From NCBI GenBank assembly GCA_001695645.1, contig LVZN01000004.1, positions 45,870 to 77,869 of the forward strand: DNA of 32,000 nucleotides, written 5' to 3'. This DNA comes from Erysipelotrichaceae bacterium MTC7. GTDB lineage: Bacteria > Bacillota_I > Bacilli_A > Erysipelotrichales > Erysipelotrichaceae. A program made the translations under genes and the position numbers. Positions 17,972-25,816 of the stretch are shown piece after piece (positions within the stretch are counted from its first letter, which is position 1; the number at the start of each line of letters is the position of its first letter). The notes beneath the pieces are model-generated. The model worked only from the letters and a program-made list of their open reading frames with translations, did no database searches and was not told where the DNA came from.

Positions 17972-17973
17972 TT

Positions 17974-18504
17974 TTATTTTCCTTTTCGACTTTCTTTCTT
18001 CTTTTTGTTTTTTGCTTTCTCTTCAAGAATTTTTCCATACTTACGAGGCATGGATACTTCTTTTCCATTGGTTAATGATACATCATAACGAGGCATCAAA
18101 CCTTGGTGTGGAATGACACTAATCACACTACGATATTTTGTATACTCCGTGTCGTAGAAATATCCATTATCATCAAAGATGATGTTACGACGAATGAATA
18201 CATCAAAAAGTAGGGACGTTCCCCAGAAAATCACAAACATATACGCTGCCATTGTGACAACATCCATATTTCCATTGACTTCCATAAGTATTCCAACAAT
18301 GGCCATAGCAATGATTGCAATACTCATCAACGACCACAATGCAGCATCGTTATGCATCGCTTTGTTCGCCTTTTCGTGACCTTCTAAATATTCATTTTTT
18401 GCTTGTTTATGTTTGGCAAAACGGTTGATGCTTTTATAAAGCATATACCCACCAAAACCCAATATAAATATAATAATTGCAGTATTTAATAAATCAAATT
18501 TCAT
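17974..18504 (-). CDS. hypothetical membrane protein with a Lys-rich tail
   Basis: 176 aa, three hydrophobic helices, AAGGAG RBS, C-terminal KAKNKKKKESRKGK. No family recognised. Confidence 0.5.
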   Translation of the reverse strand: MKFDLLNTAIIIFILGFGGYMLYKSINRFAKHKQAKNEYLEGHEKANKAMHNDAALWSLMSIAIIAMAIVGILMEVNGNMDVVTMAAYMFVIFWGTSLLFDVFIRRNIIFDDNGYFYDTEYTKYRSVISVIPHQGLMPRYDVSLTNGKEVSMPRKYGKILEEKAKNKKKKESRKGK

Positions 18505-18540
18505 GAGAATCTCCTTAACCTTCTACTTTTTAGTATAAAG

Positions 18541-19689
18541 CTAAGTTCTTTTATACACAAGTGCCAAAAGTAATACAACAAAACCCAACAGACCAAAACA
18601 TATAAGGGTCATATCCACACCAATACTCGCAATTAAGACCCCTGAAAGTGCTGGTGTCACTAACGAAGATACCCCAACATAGATTGCTGCAGCAATGGTT
18701 TGCCCACTTGCTCGCAAATAGACTGGTGTTGCACTATTTACAATTGTTTTACTTGTGATCATGATTAATGGATAGGTAACTCCCTGCAATAAACTTGCAG
18801 CAATCACAAACTCAGGCGTTGGGGCAACTGCGGTAAAAACAAAGCGTACCATATACATAATCGTTCCAAAAACCATGAGTTTAAAATCACCAAACTTAGC
18901 GAGTAAAAAAGCCCCAGCAAAGAATAATGGAATTTCGGTAATGGCTTGAATGGACCAACGAGCACCAATCATACTTTCATTCGCCCCAAGTTCAATCAGC
19001 TTGTCATTGACGGTATACATATTGGACATATCAATGATGTTAATAAACAAAAACAACAAGACCACAATCACGTATTTGCGATCCACCACTAGTTTTTTTA
19101 CATCATCAAAGTTAATACTTGCACTTTTTGCATCTTTGATTGCATCTTGCATCAACAGCGTATATAAGAAATTAACAATTGCCATCCCCGCAAAAATAAT
19201 ACCTAAAGATTCATATCCAAAACGTTCAATGAGCATTGCTGCAACAGGTGTTCCAATCACCCAACCAATGGCTCCAAAAGCACGGATTGGTCCAAAGTTG
19301 CGTTCACAAGCTTCATCGGTTTCGATACACCATGTATCTTGCACAATCATGATGGTCCGGCTAATTCCACCAACTAAAGATGCAAAAATCAAATGCAAGA
19401 AAAACATCTGCTTTGTGACTGTATACATGACAAATGTCGCAACCGTTAAGAAAATCGACAACAGATTAAAGAATTTCTTATCCGTTTGATATTTATCACA
19501 CAGATAACCAACGACAAACTGTAAGACAATTGCGACAACCGCAACCCCTGAAAGAATGATGCCACGCTGGGCAACATCATATCCAACATAGGATAAGAAG
19601 GTTTGCATGTACGCGTACGGTACAGCAAATGCAATGAATGACAGAAAGTAAAACCCCATCATTAACGCCATATTTTTTGTAATTTTCAT
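18541..19689 (-). CDS. MFS transporter
   Basis: 382 aa, about 12 hydrophobic segments, GGGGGA RBS. It lies 8 nt downstream of the PMI paralogue stop. Substrate unknown. Confidence 0.7.
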   Translation of the reverse strand: MKITKNMALMMGFYFLSFIAFAVPYAYMQTFLSYVGYDVAQRGIILSGVAVVAIVLQFVVGYLCDKYQTDKKFFNLLSIFLTVATFVMYTVTKQMFFLHLIFASLVGGISRTIMIVQDTWCIETDEACERNFGPIRAFGAIGWVIGTPVAAMLIERFGYESLGIIFAGMAIVNFLYTLLMQDAIKDAKSASINFDDVKKLVVDRKYVIVVLLFLFINIIDMSNMYTVNDKLIELGANESMIGARWSIQAITEIPLFFAGAFLLAKFGDFKLMVFGTIMYMVRFVFTAVAPTPEFVIAASLLQGVTYPLIMITSKTIVNSATPVYLRASGQTIAAAIYVGVSSLVTPALSGVLIASIGVDMTLICFGLLGFVVLLLALVYKRT

Positions 19690-19697
19690 GATTCCCC

Positions 19698-20639
19698 CTA
19701 TACATTTCGATAACTTGCTAAAAATAAATCCATCGTCCCATCAAATTGTAAATCGTGACAGCTTTCAGGAACAAGTACTGTTTCTCCTTTTTTGATTGGT
19801 ACGTCGTTAATCGTTCCAGCACCCTCAACACATGTATAAAACCCAAAACGGTCATAAACAAAATGTCCGTTACCATTTACAACGATGCGTTTCAAAGTAT
19901 ATAACCCAGGTTGTTCAAAGTAATGTGTAACTAGAAGTCCATCTTGCTTGATGGCTTCATGATGAACAAAACCAACGGATGTATCTGGAATATTCAAGTT
20001 TTTAATAAATGCATCAACCTGCAAATCTCGCTGTTTCTTCGTATGTGGATCGATGCGTTCATAATCATACAAGCGAAGTGTACAATCTGCATTTCGCGAG
20101 ATGTTGTACGTTAGTACATCCGTACCAATCGCATGCAACGTACCACATGGAATATCTAAATAATCATCAACTACAACCGGAATGTAAGATATCAATTGCT
20201 TCCATGCTTTCGCATCAATCAAATCAAGAAGTTCCTTTTTACTTGTTGCTGTATGTCCAAAAGCGATGGTTCCATCATCTGGTGCATCAAGTACAACCCA
20301 TGCTTCAGGTTTCCCGCGACCACCGTTGTAAGCTTTTGCAAATGGATCATCCGGATGTAGTTGAATGGACAAAGGTGCTTCTGGATCAAGAATGTTTACA
20401 CGAATTGGTAACTCATCTGTATCACAGCAAAACCATTCTGGATGTGTTTTATAAAGTTTGGATAAGGTGGTATCCATTTCCTCTACACAACAATCCGCAT
20501 GGTTTTCTAAAGCCACAACATTGTATACCTCTCCAACAGGATACACATCTGTGTGATAATCATATCGCTCAATCAAACGCTTACCTCCCCACATTCGTTC
20601 CTCAAAATATGGTTGTATTTTTACAATTCTTTGATCCAT
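19698..20639 (-). CDS. class I mannose-6-phosphate isomerase paralogue
   Basis: Start moved to ATG 20639 (MDQRIVKIQPYFEERMWGG), with AAGGAG 7 nt upstream. Motifs LSIQLHP, EAWVVLDA and IPCGTLHAIG are present. It is clearly diverged from the copy at 14046-14984. Confidence 0.8.
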   Translation of the reverse strand: MDQRIVKIQPYFEERMWGGKRLIERYDYHTDVYPVGEVYNVVALENHADCCVEEMDTTLSKLYKTHPEWFCCDTDELPIRVNILDPEAPLSIQLHPDDPFAKAYNGGRGKPEAWVVLDAPDDGTIAFGHTATSKKELLDLIDAKAWKQLISYIPVVVDDYLDIPCGTLHAIGTDVLTYNISRNADCTLRLYDYERIDPHTKKQRDLQVDAFIKNLNIPDTSVGFVHHEAIKQDGLLVTHYFEQPGLYTLKRIVVNGNGHFVYDRFGFYTCVEGAGTINDVPIKKGETVLVPESCHDLQFDGTMDLFLASYRNV

Positions 20640-20654
20640 AAACACGCTCCTTTG

Positions 20655-21215
20655 TTACTCTAAATTTGCATGGCGACCAAACATCGTGTCGCTGTCTTTT
20701 CCTTGTTTATCCATTAACATCATAATGGCAATATCCATAAACAATCCTTCACTTTGTTCGAAAAGTGAACCCATCGGTTGTTTTGAAATCACTGCTCCTT
20801 GTTTCGCTGCTTTTGGACTTGATGCTGCAATTAAAACAACAACATCTGCCAAAGCTTGCATACTACTTGATTCACTTAAGGTGATTAAAGCAATTTTTGC
20901 ACCTTCCGCTTTTGCTTTTTTTGCATGCTCAACCAACGATTTTGTTTCTCCTGATCCTGAGCAAATTACCAGCACATCACCTTTTTTAATGTTTGGTGTT
21001 ACCGTCTCTCCTACAACATAGCTTTTCAAACCCATGTGCATCAAACGCATCGCAAACCCTTTAACTTGAAAACCGCTCCGTCCAGCTCCTGCACAGAAAA
21101 TCTCATCTGCATCATCAATGAGCGAGACAAAAGCTTCTGCTGCCTCTGGCTTTATGCTATGTAAACTTTGCTGTAACTCATTAAGGACGAGTTCTACATA
21201 TGCTTGTTCACTCAT
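20655..21215 (-). CDS. hxlB: 6-phospho-3-hexuloisomerase (SIS domain)
   Basis: 186 aa. AGAGRSGFQVKGFAMRLMHMG, VLVICSGSGET and QPMGSLFEQS are typical of PHI. ATGA overlap with the upstream HPS gene. Confidence 0.8.
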   Translation of the reverse strand: MSEQAYVELVLNELQQSLHSIKPEAAEAFVSLIDDADEIFCAGAGRSGFQVKGFAMRLMHMGLKSYVVGETVTPNIKKGDVLVICSGSGETKSLVEHAKKAKAEGAKIALITLSESSSMQALADVVVLIAASSPKAAKQGAVISKQPMGSLFEQSEGLFMDIAIMMLMDKQGKDSDTMFGRHANLE

Positions 21216-21850
21216 TTTGATGCCTCCACCATTTTTTCTTTCATCGCTTTTGCGATGGCTACTGGATCACTTGCTGTCGTAATCGCACCACCAACAACGA
21301 TGATACCTGGTTGCTGAGCAATAATTTCATCAATGGTTGTTAGTTTCACGCCACCAGCAACCGCACTTTGTGAAGTACTTCGACTGTTATTTATAACTTT
21401 TAATTCTGCTAACGGGTTTTGTCCTGTTGCTTGTACATCAAATGCTGTGTGACAACAAATATAGTCAACACCTAGTGCTTCCACTTCTTTGGTACGCTTT
21501 GCCATATCTTCCACACAAATCATATCCATCATCACTTTTCCGCCAAACCGCTTTGCAGCTGCAACTGCTCCAGTGATGGTTTCATCATGCGTAACACCTA
21601 GTACAGTGACATAATCAGCTCCTGCTGCAAACGCACCCGATGCTTCCAAATCACCGGCATCCATAATTTTTGTATCTGCAAGTACCTCCAAGTTTGGGTA
21701 TCTCTCTTTTAATACTTTTACCGGTTCGTTTCCAGCTTCTAATAGAAACGGTGTTCCAACTTCCAAGATATCAACATAGTCTTGGATTTGATCAATTAAA
21801 GTAATACATTCCTTTAACGTTAACGTATCCAATGCTACTTGTAATTTCAT
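21212..21850 (-). CDS. hxlA: 3-hexulose-6-phosphate synthase (OMP-decarboxylase superfamily; a KGPDC-type enzyme cannot be excluded)
   Basis: 212 aa. MKLQVALD, ILEVGTP, ADTKIMDAG and VVGGAIT are present. The pairing with PHI favours HPS. Confidence 0.7.
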   Translation of the reverse strand: MKLQVALDTLTLKECITLIDQIQDYVDILEVGTPFLLEAGNEPVKVLKERYPNLEVLADTKIMDAGDLEASGAFAAGADYVTVLGVTHDETITGAVAAAKRFGGKVMMDMICVEDMAKRTKEVEALGVDYICCHTAFDVQATGQNPLAELKVINNSRSTSQSAVAGGVKLTTIDEIIAQQPGIIVVGGAITTASDPVAIAKAMKEKMVEASK

Positions 21851-21853
21851 ATA

Positions 21854-22618
21854 TTATTCGCTCCTTACTGTAATAATTTTCTTAACACTTGCTACTTGTT
21901 GTAGCTTTTGTGGATCACTTTCATCAGTCACAAGATAGTCATAGTCTGCAAACTTTCCATAAATATAAGTACTTGTTTTATCAAACTTACTTGCATCACA
22001 AACGATGATGTTTTTACGACTGTTATGACAGACGTGTTTTCGTACTTCCGCTTCTTCTAACGAGAATGTAGTAAATCCATCACAACCTTTAAAGCCATCA
22101 CTTCCCATGAAAGCAGCATCGATTTTAATGGTGTCAATCACATCACTTGCGTAAATGCCAACCAACGCTTTCCCACGTTTTTGCAGCATCCCGCCACAGA
22201 CGATTACGTCATGATTTCCTTCCGCTGCAATATTGGCAATCGTGATGGAGTTAGTCAGAATCGTTAGGTTTTGTTTTACTGCTAACAATTTTGCAATTTG
22301 GATACATGTACTTCCTGGATCCAAATAGACAATCGTATTATCTTCAATCAGGTCAAGTGCAGCTCGTGCAATTTGCCGTTTTGCATCCAAGTTCTCTTGA
22401 AGTTTGACGTCAAGTGGTAATTGATAGTACTCATTGATGACACTTGCAACACCGTGTCCCTTGTGAATAATGCCTCGACGATCTAAATATTCCAAATCCT
22501 TGCGAATGGTTTCTAGCGATACCTGAAACGTATCCGCAAGCTCTTTCACTTTTACTTCGCCTTCGCTTAAAACCAGTTTTGATATTTCATCTCTACGTAT
22601 TTTAGTTTTTTTTGCCAT
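21854..22618 (-). CDS. DeoR family transcriptional regulator
   Basis: 254 aa. N-terminal HTH (VKELADTFQVSLETIRKDLEYLD) plus a C-terminal DeoR sugar-phosphate sensor domain. First gene of the HPS operon. Confidence 0.85.
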   Translation of the reverse strand: MAKKTKIRRDEISKLVLSEGEVKVKELADTFQVSLETIRKDLEYLDRRGIIHKGHGVASVINEYYQLPLDVKLQENLDAKRQIARAALDLIEDNTIVYLDPGSTCIQIAKLLAVKQNLTILTNSITIANIAAEGNHDVIVCGGMLQKRGKALVGIYASDVIDTIKIDAAFMGSDGFKGCDGFTTFSLEEAEVRKHVCHNSRKNIIVCDASKFDKTSTYIYGKFADYDYLVTDESDPQKLQQVASVKKIITVRSE

Positions 22619-22696
22619 AATCTTTCCTTTCCTCTATATCATACTCAATTTCTTGTCTTTTTGACTGCAAACAACCGAAAAATTGAAAATCCAAAT

Positions 22697-22744
22697 AAAA
22701 AAAGTTGGTTTATTACATAAAATACGTAATTTTCCCAACTTTTT
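22697..22744 (-). terminator. rho-independent terminator after the DeoC-like aldolase gene
   Basis: AAAAAAAGTTGG (22697-22708) pairs with CCAACTTTT (22735-22743). An inner imperfect ATTAC...GTAAT stem is present, and A/T runs flank both sides. Confidence 0.65.
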
Positions 22745-22764
22745 CATCATGATATCTTGTTCTT

Positions 22765-23505
22765 TTAGTATGTGTCGCTTGTTTCTTTGGCACCATTAAC
22801 AGCAAGTACCACTGGCGTACTCTTGTAACCAATCCCCATACGATCAATTCCCATGTCAATGAGTTCAAAGAAGTGTTCTTGTGTACGAATACAACCGCTA
22901 CCTTTGATTTTTACACGACCTTTGCATTGATCCATCATGATTGCGATTACTTCTTTACTCGCTCCATGTGCCTCATGTCCAGTTAAGAATCCCGTACTAG
23001 TTTTCACAAAGTCCGCTTTTGCCGCGATGGCACATTCACATGCTTGACGAATTTCTGCTTCCGTCAATGCATCCGTTTCAAAAATAACTTTTAGTTCCAC
23101 TCCGTATTCGTGTGTTACTTTCGCAACTGCAGCAATATCAGCAGTCACTTCATCCCACATACCACTACGAATCCAACCGTAGTTAGCAACAATGTCAAGT
23201 TCTCCAATTGCATCTGCATAATCTTTTAAAATCAATCGTGCTTGCTCCACTTTTGATGCCGTTGTAGATTGTCCAAAAGGAAAATCACAAACCGGACACA
23301 CTTTTGTATCGCTACCTTTACACATCGAAGCAGCAAGTTCTACTGCCCATGGATTAACACAAACCGTTGCACATCCATAATCAATTCCCTCTTGAATGTA
23401 CTTCTTGGTATCTTCAAGTGTAAATTCTGGTTTTAGCACACTTTGATCGATGTATCTTGCTAGTTCTGCACGAGTCATTTCATTTGCTTTCTTACTTGGT
23501 TTCAT
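22765..23505 (-). CDS. DeoC/DERA-family class I aldolase, divergent 246-aa paralogue
   Basis: Start moved to ATG 23505 (MKPSKKANEMTRAELARYIDQSVLKP), with AGGAGG 9 nt upstream. Motifs VCVNP, CDFPFGQ, LKVIFET and ADFVKTSTGF (Schiff-base Lys context) are present. Confidence 0.8.
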   Translation of the reverse strand: MKPSKKANEMTRAELARYIDQSVLKPEFTLEDTKKYIQEGIDYGCATVCVNPWAVELAASMCKGSDTKVCPVCDFPFGQSTTASKVEQARLILKDYADAIGELDIVANYGWIRSGMWDEVTADIAAVAKVTHEYGVELKVIFETDALTEAEIRQACECAIAAKADFVKTSTGFLTGHEAHGASKEVIAIMMDQCKGRVKIKGSGCIRTQEHFFELIDMGIDRMGIGYKSTPVVLAVNGAKETSDTY

Positions 23506-23534
23506 AAAAAATGTTCCTCCTACTTTACAATCAA

Positions 23535-23562
23535 AGTATAACAAGAAATGGAAGGTTGTCAA
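23535..23562 (-). promoter_or_regulatory. strong sigmaA-type promoter of the DeoC-like aldolase gene
   Basis: On the minus strand: TTGACA (23557-23562), 16 nt, TGTTATACT (extended -10, hexamer at 23535-23540). It lies 30 nt upstream of the ATG. Confidence 0.6.
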
Positions 23563-23604
23563 CATAAACTATCATATTCATTCAAAATCTACCATAAACT
23601 ATCA
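23563..23604 (-). promoter_or_regulatory. 12-nt direct repeat pair abutting the aldolase promoter (candidate DeoR operator)
   Basis: CATAAACTATCA occurs at 23563-23574 and again at 23593-23604, with starts 30 bp apart. The first copy touches the -35. The second overlaps the DeoR stop codon. Confidence 0.45.
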
Positions 23605-24354
23605 AACAGTTGTTACGTTTTTTGCCTTCTTACGTTCCTTAGGATAATTTGAAACCACAATATGGTCAAATTCTTCAAAGTTCGCAAAACGATAAAATCC
23701 ACGTGTGTCTAACTTCGTATCATCTACAACCAGGTATGCTTGTAGTGTATTCTTCATCGCTGCTGTCTTCATTTGTGCACTTGCAATTTCTGCAGCATAA
23801 GCAACTTCATCAATCACATCAATACCCGCGCAACCAATAAACGCATGATCGTAGTTAAACTCTTGAATGGTCTGCAAGGCAATCGGACCCACATTCATAT
23901 TGTAGTTTGGTAAGTAGTTACCACCCACTCGAATCAAATCGATGGTACTATCAGCTATTGTTTCAATAAAATTATTGTGCGAAACAACTGTTATTTTTTT
24001 GCCTTCCAGATATTCCATCATAAAAATAAATGTCGTTCCCCCATCGATAAATACACACTCACCATCTTTGACCAATGATGCACAGTATTGTGCGAGTTTT
24101 CTTTTTTCATCAACTTGCAAATTTGCTTTTTGTTTCATCGACAGTTCTTTGTCTTCGGTTAAAGTTGTAGCCATACCTAGTTTGATGGCACCCCCATGGA
24201 CCCGTTTTAATTTCCCTTGTTTTTCAAGTTCTTCAAAATCGCGACGGATTGTACTCTCACTGGTTTGCAGTGCATCACTAATATCTTTTAGTGTAATCGC
24301 TCCCTGTGTTTGTAGTTGTTTTAATATGTATACTTGTCTTTCACTTGCTAACAT
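23602..24354 (-). CDS. DeoR family transcriptional regulator
   Basis: 250 aa. HTH (LKDISDALQTSESTIRRDFEELE) plus a DeoR C-terminal domain. AAGGAG RBS. Confidence 0.85.
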   Translation of the reverse strand: MLASERQVYILKQLQTQGAITLKDISDALQTSESTIRRDFEELEKQGKLKRVHGGAIKLGMATTLTEDKELSMKQKANLQVDEKRKLAQYCASLVKDGECVFIDGGTTFIFMMEYLEGKKITVVSHNNFIETIADSTIDLIRVGGNYLPNYNMNVGPIALQTIQEFNYDHAFIGCAGIDVIDEVAYAAEIASAQMKTAAMKNTLQAYLVVDDTKLDTRGFYRFANFEEFDHIVVSNYPKERKKAKNVTTV

Positions 24355-24363
24355 GCGCGCTCC

Positions 24364-24777
24364 TTATCGTAAATGTTTATCAATGATGTCACAGCAACTT
24401 ACGATCGCTTTGACACACACCTTTTTCTTACCTTGTATTCTTTGACCATCATCCATTGCTAGTAAATCGTGGCAGTCCTTTGCCCCATTGCATGCTTCAA
24501 ATTCTTGTAACATTTGTTCAATTTTTGCATAGGTTGCCTCTTTTTTTTGCTTGTCGACATCCAATGCCTGGCATAGATGCATCGAAGCAACCATCACCAT
24601 GCCACAGGCAGCTCCACACACATCCCCACTGTGAGCGATTCCTCCACCAAAGCCTTGCGACAAACGAAAACTAGTGACTTCATCAACACCATAAGTTTCA
24701 CTATACGCACAAAATACGCTTTGTGCACAATTGTATCCTTCTTGAAATAACTTCATTGCTTGGTTTTCTTGGTTCAT
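24364..24777 (-). CDS. C_GCAxxG_C_C family (putative redox-active) protein
   Basis: Start moved to ATG 24777, with AAGGAG 6 nt upstream. Motifs YNCAQSV, GFGGGI, VCGAACGMVM and the C-terminal CxxxxxxCC pattern are characteristic of this family. Confidence 0.75.
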   Translation of the reverse strand: MNQENQAMKLFQEGYNCAQSVFCAYSETYGVDEVTSFRLSQGFGGGIAHSGDVCGAACGMVMVASMHLCQALDVDKQKKEATYAKIEQMLQEFEACNGAKDCHDLLAMDDGQRIQGKKKVCVKAIVSCCDIIDKHLR

Positions 24778-24800
24778 AAACAACTCCTTTATCTACTTGC

Positions 24801-24830
24801 ATTCTACCATAATCTAGCAAAATCTTTCAA
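24801..24830 (-). promoter_or_regulatory. candidate sigmaA promoter for C_GCAxxG_C_C-DeoR
   Basis: On the minus strand: TTGAAA (24825-24830), 18 nt, TGGTAGAAT (extended -10, hexamer at 24801-24806). Confidence 0.5.
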
Positions 24831-24850
24831 AAATGGTGGTAAGAAAATAG

Positions 24851-24886
24851 AAAAGCCTCCTTTGGTTACCAAGCAAAGAGGCTTTT
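24851..24886 (-). terminator. rho-independent terminator ending the GRE operon
   Basis: AAAAGCCTC (24851-24859) pairs with GAGGCTTTT (24878-24886), with an inner TTGG/CCAA stem. On the minus strand CTATTTTCTT follows. It lies 34 nt after the activase stop. Confidence 0.7.
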
Positions 24887-24919
24887 CTACGTATTGATTC
24901 ATCTATTTCGTTTATATTG

Positions 24920-25816
24920 TTAGCCACCGATCTTCAGTTTCACGTTTAAGTTCTGTGCCTTTTCAATATATTTATCAAGTACTTTTGGATCCATCGCTTT
25001 GCGACTTAACGTGTACGGACGTTGCATTTTTTCATACTTTGCAATACCTAAGGTGTGGTACGCTAGAAAATTCACTTCTTTGACATGTTGTACACTTGCC
25101 AGTTTTAAGATGTCGAGCAAGGTTGCTTCATCGTCGTTAAAGCCAGGAATGACTGGCACACGATAGATGACTTTATCCGGTTGCAACATTTTTGCATGAT
25201 GAAGTGGACGAAGTCCATCACCACCACAAACATCACGAATCATGTTTGGATTGCTGTGTTTAATATCAAGCAAGTATAAGTCCACATAGGGATCAATCGC
25301 TTCTCTTTGCGCATCTGAAAAATTACCACAGGTTTCAATTGCAACATGATAATTTGCTGCTTTCAGTCGCTTGCAGAAAGCTAACAGCGCTGGATATTGA
25401 TCAAAGGGTTCGCCTCCAGAAATCGTTACGCCTCCTTGACTGGCTTTATAGTAATCATCATCTTTTGCGATTTCTTCCATCAAAGAATCGATACTGCGAT
25501 ATTCACCTATAAGACTTAAAGCATCATCCAAACAAGCATCCACGCAAGCTTGTACTTTATCTGCCTTGCTTTTATCATAATGAAATACCTCGTTTGGAAA
25601 ACTGATAGGTGAATCTTCTAAAGCATGTACGCATCGATGACAATGGACACATTTCTTTTTGTCGTAAAAGAGGGTCGGTTTACTTTCCTGTGATTCAGGA
25701 TTTGCACACCATGGGCAATGCAAATGACACCCTTTCAAAAACACTGTAGTTCGAATACCTGGACCATCATGGGTAGCAAAACGTTCGACATTAAATACGT
25801 TAATCAAAGAGTTCAC
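24920..25816 (-). CDS. glycyl-radical enzyme activating enzyme (radical SAM)
   Basis: 298 aa. N-terminal HDGPGIRTTVFLKGCHLHCPWCANPE (CX3CX2C at C30/C34/C37). A Cys-rich insert follows (CVHCHRC ... CVDAC), as in activases of non-PFL GREs. The GTG start overlaps the GRE 3' end by 17 nt. Confidence 0.85.
   Translation of the reverse strand: MNSLINVFNVERFATHDGPGIRTTVFLKGCHLHCPWCANPESQESKPTLFYDKKKCVHCHRCVHALEDSPISFPNEVFHYDKSKADKVQACVDACLDDALSLIGEYRSIDSLMEEIAKDDDYYKASQGGVTISGGEPFDQYPALLAFCKRLKAANYHVAIETCGNFSDAQREAIDPYVDLYLLDIKHSNPNMIRDVCGGDGLRPLHHAKMLQPDKVIYRVPVIPGFNDDEATLLDILKLASVQHVKEVNFLAYHTLGIAKYEKMQRPYTLSRKAMDPKVLDKYIEKAQNLNVKLKIGG

Noticed and set aside
18950-19489. 179-aa plus-strand ORF antisense to the MFS transporter. 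Similar long antisense or alternate-frame ORFs occur at 20009-20641, 23942-24445, 20686-21021, 13528-13845, 788-1132 and 9038-9454.
   Set aside because: Each is fully embedded in a well-supported gene with recognisable family motifs. They have low-complexity, Ser/Leu/Ile-rich composition typical of antisense frames of AT-rich genes, and no RBS.
22645-22686. 7-bp inverted repeat TCAATTT / AAATTGA in the DeoR-HPS operon leader, and attempts to place a sigmaA promoter there.
   Set aside because: A 7-mer in AT-rich sequence is not significant. No -35/-10 pair with acceptable spacing was found, so no promoter is reported.
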